This document shows positions 61,701 through 64,000 of a stretch of 64,000 nucleotides of DNA, in pieces (within the stretch, counting starts at the first letter, position 1; each line of letters begins with the position of its first letter). The DNA comes from Podarcis liolepis (Eukaryota), in NCBI GenBank assembly GCA_965112155.1, contig OZ218100.1. One strand, given 5' to 3'. Position numbers and translations under genes: made by a program. The notes below the pieces were generated by a model, which was not told the DNA's origin, searched no databases, and saw only the letters and a list, made by a program, of their open reading frames with translations.

Positions 61701-62584
61701 CACTGCTGACTTCGTTAAGAGTGTCCAGTAAACTTTTATTATCTTTTGCTTCTTTTTTCAGTGCCTAAAAAGGAATATTTAAGGTAAACAAATTAAAAAT
61801 AACACATTGGCGCAGAAACAAAATCTGCACAGCTCAAAGGTTCCACCCATGGGGCTTTTTTGGTTTTCTCCTTCTCCCATCTTCAGGTTTTTTTTATTGA
61901 GTTTAAGAGTACATAGCTGAAATGCTACAGCAGCAAACCAGAGCTATAAATATCGCTCTTTTCAACTTGGCTACCTTTGCTTTTGTTACAATCATGCTTG
62001 GGACCCCCTAACCTCTCACACTATCAATATAAATAAACAAAGGACCTACCTACATGATGCTGACACAAACCTCTAAACTAATAAAAGATGATAGTGCAAA
62101 AGAACAATACCCCATCTCTCTCTCTCCACCTCCCTCCCCTACTCTGAAATATGATGATGCTTCTTGCTTAGCCGGATGAAGGGTGAAGGGATGTGCATGA
62201 GGTGTGAATATATGCAAAAACGTCACAACTTCTGTGTAGCTGTACAAAGGGAAGTGTCACGCCTGTTGCTCCACCCATCTTTGCTGCTGGCAAGTGGCCC
62301 CTGGAACGCTGTCCACAAGCAAACACAGCATTTTACGCTCACCTTTTGTCTTTCTTGCGCTTGACTTAACTCTTCACCTTTGGGGACCTGCGCTTCGTAC
62401 GACTGTAATTCCACCTCAACTTTATCCAGCCAAGTGCAGAGTTTCTCATGAGCTGACTGCAGCTGACCAGAAAGCTGTAGAGCCTGTTCTAAAGTCTTGG
62501 ACACATCAGAACTCAGCTTAGTTATGTCCTTGTACCTTGTTTTAATGCCTTCCAATTTATCCTGAATTATGACAACTTCATCAC
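1703..62584 (-). CDS. DST: Dystonin (DST/BPAG1), 3' part of multi-exon gene: spectrin repeats, 2 EF-hands, GAR, GSR, SxIP; 5' part lies beyond the window end
   Basis: 37 exons, all GT-AG with matching phases, give one open frame. The C-terminus ...[21 protein letters not shown]...[23 protein letters not shown] and [25 protein letters not shown] match DST rather than MACF1 (recalled). Confidence 0.97.
2741..2864 (-). CDS. DST: DST penultimate exon [16 protein letters not shown]...AHFA, 124 nt, phase 0-1
   Basis: cag|GGG ACT ... GCA G|gtgagc. Confidence 0.95.
3221..3244. repeat. (AAAC)n microsatellite
   Basis: Read directly. Confidence 0.9.
4361..4714. mobile_element. TcMar/Tigger-like MITE
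   Basis: 22-bp TIR CAGTGGTGCC(C/T)CGCAAGACGAA, TA on both flanks, internal CGCAAGACGAA repeats. Confidence 0.9.
5369..5479 (-). CDS. DST: DST 111-nt exon [14 protein letters not shown]...SSTE, phase 0-0 (skippable)
   Basis: cag|ACA CCC ... ACA GAG|gtacag; [10 protein letters not shown] recalled from DST. Confidence 0.9.
5922..6121 (-). CDS. DST: DST exon (A)[12 protein letters not shown]...ASTPK, 200 nt, phase 1-0
   Basis: tag|CT AAA GGG ... CCC AAG|gtatga. Confidence 0.95.
6281..6351. repeat. Tandem duplication, 2 x ~36 bp
   Basis: tgcgcatctaacattttatgctagca(aa/g)agatgaac twice. Confidence 0.9.
6917..6985 (-). CDS. DST: DST 69-nt cassette exon (V)[22 protein letters not shown], phase 1-1
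   Basis: ttttttctag|TT CAT CAT CAT ... ATA G|gttggc; symmetric phase; peptide resembles a recalled DST isoform insert after DPCR. Confidence 0.85.
   Translation of the reverse strand, partial: FIIMGVKCYVRNQTLQLPLSLL
9484..9718. mobile_element. hAT-like MITE
   Basis: 16-bp TIR CAGAGCTTTCCAAACT; 8-bp TSD GTATACAG/GTCTACAG; internal ~30-bp tandem duplication. Confidence 0.85.
9931..10048 (-). CDS. DST: DST exon, GAR C-half [39 protein letters not shown], 118 nt, phase 0-1
   Basis: cag|TTT GGT ... AGA G|gtatgt; GAS2 signature MVRVGGGW. Confidence 0.96.
11542..12980. mobile_element. Non-autonomous hAT element, 1439 bp
   Basis: TIR CAGTGGTG(AA/GC)GAACCT; perfect 8-bp TSD GTCTAAGG (11534-41, 12981-88); no transposase ORF. 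Confidence 0.9.
14190..14354. repeat. Inverted repeat (47-48 bp arms), core of a palindromic MITE
   Basis: AATGAGGAGAAAAGCAGGTTTGGGATATTTCCCCCTTCCCCACTGCAG versus its near-perfect reverse complement at 14308-14354. Confidence 0.8.
15832..16065. mobile_element. TcMar/Tigger-like MITE
   Basis: Imperfect TIR CAG(CA/TG)GAACCTCGGTT, TA on both flanks. Confidence 0.8.
16633..16650 (-). CDS. DST: DST 18-nt microexon FFLGNQ inside the GAR domain (alternatively spliced)
   Basis: ACTAAT...ctttctcccattttccatctcttgtcag|TTC TTC CTG GGA AAT CAG|gtataa; peptide recalled from DST/MACF1 isoforms (NKYR-FFLGNQ-FGDSQQ). Confidence 0.9.
17803..17877 (-). CDS. DST: DST exon, GAR N-half [25 protein letters not shown], 75 nt
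   Basis: cag|GTG ACA ... TAC AGA|gtaagt. Confidence 0.95.
17963..18203. mobile_element. TcMar/Tigger-like MITE
   Basis: Perfect 23-bp TIR CAGTGGTACCTCGGTTTACGAAC, TA TSD. Confidence 0.92.
18285..18439 (-). CDS. DST: DST exon, EF-hand 2 ([12 protein letters not shown]), 155 nt, phase 1-0
   Basis: cag|AA TTT CCT ... GAT GAG|gtgctc. Confidence 0.95.
18579..18741 (-). CDS. DST: DST exon, EF-hand 1 ([12 protein letters not shown]), 163 nt, phase 0-1
   Basis: aag|CTG AAA GAA ... TCA A|gtaagt; canonical 12-residue EF loop. Confidence 0.95.
19399..19562 (-). CDS. DST: DST exon KRSPTP...DALDRLEE, 164 nt, phase 1-0
   Basis: cag|GA AAG CGT ... GAG GAG|gtcagt. Confidence 0.93.
19876..20005 (-). CDS. 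DST: DST exon [13 protein letters not shown]...DKGRGG(R), 130 nt, phase 0-1
   Basis: cag|ACA TTC ... GGA A|gtaagt. Confidence 0.93.
20889..21077 (-). CDS. DST: DST exon [10 protein letters not shown]...IAEHQ, 189 nt
   Basis: aag|GTG TTA ... CAT CAG|gtaaga. Confidence 0.94.
21739..21882 (-). CDS. DST: DST exon [10 protein letters not shown]...RARFEE, 144 nt
   Basis: tag|GAA TTC ... GAA GAG|gtcagt. Confidence 0.94.
22162..22183. repeat. (CA)n microsatellite
   Basis: Read directly. Confidence 0.9.
23835..23986. other. Assembly gap, 152 N, intronic
   Basis: N run; flanking exons join in frame (IDQHR|EFMRKL). Confidence 0.99.
25157..25285 (-). CDS. DST: DST exon AEEFHSVVH...IDQHR, 129 nt
   Basis: cag|GCG GAA ... 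CAT CGG|gtgagt. Confidence 0.94.
25762..25797. repeat. (GT)18 microsatellite
   Basis: Read directly. Confidence 0.95.
26478..26672 (-). CDS. DST: DST exon [11 protein letters not shown]...EQALHQ, 195 nt
   Basis: tag|GCC TTC ... CAC CAG|gtgaag. Confidence 0.94.
27671..27830 (-). CDS. DST: DST exon [12 protein letters not shown]...IDNHK, 160 nt, phase 2-0
   Basis: cag|A CAA AAC ... CAC AAG|gtaatg. Confidence 0.94.
28856..29025 (-). CDS. DST: DST exon [10 protein letters not shown]...GKSVE(R), 170 nt, phase 0-2
   Basis: cag|GAG TTC ... GAA AG|gtaaga. Confidence 0.94.
30408..30724. mobile_element. Penelope-like element remnant with a perfect 71-bp inverted repeat
   Basis: 30463-30533 is the exact reverse complement of 30548-30618; ccagtagcacctttaagaccaac motif recalled from squamate Penelope-type repeats. 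Confidence 0.65.
31434..31570 (+). mobile_element. Degenerate tRNA-derived SINE
   Basis: tgtagttcagtgttaagac...ttgcatatagaag...cctggcacctccagg resembles a tRNA-derived SINE head; boundaries approximate. Confidence 0.45.
31967..32100. mobile_element. hAT-like MITE (~135 bp)
   Basis: TIR CAGGCTTCCT(T/C)AAACTC; TSD TCTTAAGG/TTTTAAGG. Confidence 0.88.
33113..33232 (-). CDS. DST: DST exon FHEAWNKL...LAQHK, 120 nt
   Basis: cag|TTC CAT ... CAT AAG|gtgagt. Confidence 0.94.
33715..33923 (-). mobile_element. Sauria SINE, 5'-truncated
   Basis: (ACCTTT)-type tail read as ggtaaaggtaa plus the body gggacccctgaccattagg...ggagcggtacctatttatctacttgca. Confidence 0.88.
35000..35206 (-). CDS. DST: DST exon [10 protein letters not shown]...RKRAKQ, 207 nt
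   Basis: aag|GTC TTT ... AAG CAG|gtaatg. Confidence 0.94.
35454..35609 (-). CDS. DST: DST exon [10 protein letters not shown]...QIDEHK, 156 nt
   Basis: cag|ATC AAA ... CAC AAG|gtatgt. Confidence 0.94.
37456..37626 (-). CDS. DST: DST exon [11 protein letters not shown]...KLSERK, 171 nt
   Basis: tag|GAA CTC ... AGA AAA|gtatgt. Confidence 0.93.
38356..38884. mobile_element. TcMar/Tigger-like MITE with an internal GC-rich 108-bp tandem repeat
   Basis: TIR CCGTATTTTTCG(T/C)CCTAT, TA TSD; repeat units start at 38520, 38628, 38736. Confidence 0.88.
39225..39391. repeat. Long imperfect inverted repeat (~80-bp arms, ~8-nt loop)
   Basis: TGTCTGAGCAGTTCTC...TACTCAGCTA versus TAGCTGAGTA...GAGAACTGTTCAGACA. 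Confidence 0.9.
39557..39685 (-). CDS. DST: DST exon [11 protein letters not shown]...EQLNIHM, 129 nt
   Basis: tag|GCC CAA ... CAT ATG|gtaagg. Confidence 0.93.
39888..39942. repeat. (GAAG)n microsatellite
   Basis: Read directly. Confidence 0.95.
40413..40610 (-). CDS. DST: DST exon [10 protein letters not shown]...DSALIQ, 198 nt
   Basis: cag|GTG CTG ... ATC CAG|gtgtgt. Confidence 0.93.
42493..42648 (-). CDS. DST: DST exon [13 protein letters not shown]...ELAKHH, 156 nt
   Basis: cag|CAT AAG ... CAT CAT|gtacgt. Confidence 0.93.
43856..44047 (-). mobile_element. CR1 LINE 3' fragment, apparently nested in a degenerate hAT-like element (~43701-44236)
   Basis: catagaa (reverse complement of TTCTATG tail)...gtcatctagtccaacc...gaacagctcttactgtcagaaagtt. 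Confidence 0.75.
44381..44554 (-). CDS. DST: DST exon [10 protein letters not shown]...KIVSRQ, 174 nt
   Basis: cag|CAA TTT ... CGC CAG|gtaaat. Confidence 0.93.
46980..47081 (-). CDS. DST: DST exon [10 protein letters not shown]...QQTEEMK, 102 nt
   Basis: cag|GCC CTA ... ATG AAG|gtatga. Confidence 0.92.
48966..49280 (+). mobile_element. L2-type LINE 3' fragment
   Basis: ggccttctctgcagtggcaccccgtctgtggaatgc...gaactgccctgag...gggcggtacataaat plus short-repeat tail. Confidence 0.65.
50639..50780. mobile_element. Older hAT-like MITE (related family)
   Basis: ggccctccaggtgttgctgggactaca core; 8-bp TSD TTTTAGGG on both sides. Confidence 0.75.
51243..51344 (-). CDS. DST: DST exon [12 protein letters not shown]...QYQDGLQ, 102 nt
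   Basis: cag|CTA AAT ... TTG CAG|gtaagg. Confidence 0.92.
51847..51969 (-). CDS. DST: DST exon [13 protein letters not shown]...KSIDE, 123 nt
   Basis: tttag|ACT ATT ... GAT GAG|gtatga. Confidence 0.93.
52799..52934. mobile_element. hAT-like MITE, same family as 31967 in opposite orientation
   Basis: Perfect TIR CAGGCTTCCTCAAACTCGGCCCTCCAGATGTTTT; perfect 8-bp TSD CACTATGC. Confidence 0.92.
53867..54093 (-). CDS. DST: DST exon (V)VQDKLDQ...QQEAAE, 227 nt, phase 1-0
   Basis: tag|TG GTT CAG ... GCA GAG|gtaggt; preceded by a 95-nt intron. Confidence 0.93.
54189..54420 (-). CDS. DST: DST exon FHDKIDST...KDISAK, 232 nt, phase 0-1
   Basis: tag|TTC CAT ... AAA G|gtagac. Confidence 0.93.
55459..55662 (-). 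CDS. DST: DST exon [12 protein letters not shown]...AISQSTQ, 204 nt
   Basis: tag|CAA CTG ... ACC CAG|gtaaca. Confidence 0.93.
57128..57346 (-). CDS. DST: DST exon [10 protein letters not shown]...QQQEEHR, 219 nt
   Basis: tag|AAG AAG CTG ... CAC CGG|gtaagt (tandem acceptor possible). Confidence 0.92.
57655..57950 (-). mobile_element. CR1-type LINE 3' fragment (family also at ~10790-11050, ~41046-41300, ~53190-53370)
   Basis: Shared ctgctggatcaggccaatgg..catctagtcc..catcctgttctcaca and aatcctcttttaaagccat blocks. Confidence 0.65.
58100..58207 (-). CDS. DST: DST exon [11 protein letters not shown]...DKQTMK, 108 nt
   Basis: tag|GCA TTT ... ATG AAG|gtaatg. Confidence 0.92.
58353..58472 (-). CDS. 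DST: DST exon [11 protein letters not shown]...AQLQVQK, 120 nt
   Basis: tttag|TTT GAT ... CAA AAG|gtgaac. Confidence 0.93.
61558..61764 (-). CDS. DST: DST exon [10 protein letters not shown]...AAIFRSQQ, 207 nt
   Basis: ttttag|GCA CTG ... CAG CAG|gtaaaa; open frame; missing from ORF track. Confidence 0.93.
62343..62584 (-). CDS. DST: DST exon (spectrin repeat) [11 protein letters not shown]...QAQERQK, 242 nt, phase 1-0
   Basis: cag|GT GAT GAA ... CAA AAG|gtgagc; spectrin-like peptide in ORF track. Confidence 0.93.
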
Positions 62585-62821
62585 CTGCAATGCGAAAGGG
62601 GTATTTAACACACAAATCATCTAAAGCGACCAGGATATTTTTAGTGTTTAAGTCCACGGGTGAAAATAGAACAAATATTTCATCCTGATTAAGCTAGTTT
62701 TTCTTCTAAGCATGGAAGCTTCGCTGTGCACATGCAACTTTAGCCCACCCCATCTTATTTTAGATTGGGCTCCACCAAAATAAATCCAGGTCAAGCCTCA
62801 GCCAATCAGGATTCTCTAGGT

Positions 62822-62935
62822 CAGGGACGAGGAACCTGTGGCCATCCAGATGTTGTTGGACTACAACTCCCATCTTTGCATGATTATTGGTCGGCTCTGA
62901 TGGGAGTCCAACAACATCTGGACTCCCTATCCCTG
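62822..62935. mobile_element. Degenerate hAT-like MITE (related family)
   Basis: CAGGGA...TCCCTG ends; tccagatgttgttggactacaactccc core. Confidence 0.6.
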
Positions 62936-63945
62936 TTCTATGCACTGGCTCACGCCAATTAAGTCATCAGTACAAGCTAGGAGCCCTAATGACCTCTGAG
63001 TAGGTGACAGGCAGTATGGTAGGCAGAGCTCACTATTCATGGCTCAGGGTGTTTCCTGCTCTGAAGTTCAGAATTGGTCTCTCTGAATATGGGAATAACG
63101 TGATAGCATTCCAGACTAAGGAGCAGATGGATGGCCTTTCCTTCTAACACCGCATGGCAACTTTATTTGACTATATCTTTAAAACAACCAACTATGTCTT
63201 TTCTCCAATATACATGAAATTACACAAATATTGAGATTTTGTGGTATGTGCAGTAATTAAATTTAATCCATTAAAATAAGGCAGGTAATGAATCAACTGA
63301 CAGCGCTAATTACAATTAAGAACATTTTCCTCTTTGAGTGGCTATGTCCATGCAATTGCTGTTCTACAGAGAGTAAAAGTCAGAATTGAAACTGCACTGT
63401 TCGTTATACCATATGTTTACCTTTCAGTGAACAATTCAGGTTCTAATTCTGTAATTCATCTCCTTCTCTCCTCCCTCCCTCCTTCCCAGCCCCAAACTAT
63501 GTATATCTTGGAGAGTTCATGGAGTTAGAGACTGGAAAATTTAGAAGATGTTGGTCTACAAGCCAGACATGCTGTGTGCAATTGGAATGCAACTTTCCCA
63601 CAGTACTAGGTCCACTGTGGGGGAAGCAGCCTCTCTCACAGCAATAGGTAGACTGATTACTCAGTCCATTTTTTAAAAAACAACACTCTTTTTTAACATT
63701 TACTACAACATTCTTCTATATAGCTGTTTAAGCAGTCTATTTACTCCTTCCTTACATCTACTGGCTGAGATCCAAATGGACATGCATCATGATACCACAT
63801 ATTACAAACTGCTTTAAAATGCTTAAGTGCTACTCAAAAAAAAAAGGGAACTATTCAAACTATAATCAAATTCTTCCAGAACCATGCATATTCAAGTTAG
63901 GGGTGAGTGATCACACTCTTGTTTTCAAGAGTTTCAACTGAATAG

Positions 63946-64000
63946 GTAAAGGTAAAGGCACCCCTGACCATTAGGTACAGTCGTGACCGACTCTGGGGTT
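63946..64000 (-). mobile_element. Sauria SINE 3' end, runs off window
   Basis: ggtaaaggtaaaggcacccctgaccattagg..., same family as 33715. Confidence 0.85.

Noticed and set aside
1703-62584. MACF1 as alternative identity
   Set aside because: Same architecture, but the C-terminal sequences ([33 protein letters not shown]) match DST as recalled.
63421-63448. Possible further upstream DST exon ending AAAG|gtaaac
   Set aside because: Purine-rich acceptor context and no spectrin-like peptide; the expected upstream exon must lie outside the window.

Overview
Eukaryotic, vertebrate DNA. A Sauria-SINE and squamate-type MITE/CR1 repeats point to a lizard, probably a lacertid; this is inference. Nearly the whole window is the 3' part of dystonin (DST/BPAG1, spectraplakin) on the minus strand. 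I traced by hand 37 GT-AG exons with mutually compatible phases (62584 down to the TAG at 1703-1705; 5777 coding nt, about 1,924 aa). They encode the distal spectrin repeats, two EF-hands, the GAR/GAS2 domain, the GSR region and the SKIP (SxIP) tail, followed by a ~1 kb 3'UTR. Introns hold TcMar/Tigger-like MITEs (TA TSD), hAT elements (8-bp TSD), CR1/L2 fragments, Sauria SINEs, a Penelope-like palindrome and one 152-N gap. No prokaryote-type system (CRISPR, operon etc.) is present, and nearly all non-exonic ORF-track entries are spurious. The most interesting signal is a cluster of small cassette/micro-exons around the microtubule-binding C-terminus. Two match DST isoform peptides I recall (FFLGNQ, VHHHGSK...). 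Others are unvalidated candidates read from splice signals: 27 nt RSCKPGKKH, 66 nt, 24 nt with a GC donor, 12 nt, 15 nt and a 4-nt poison-type exon. All homology statements are from recall, not from searches.
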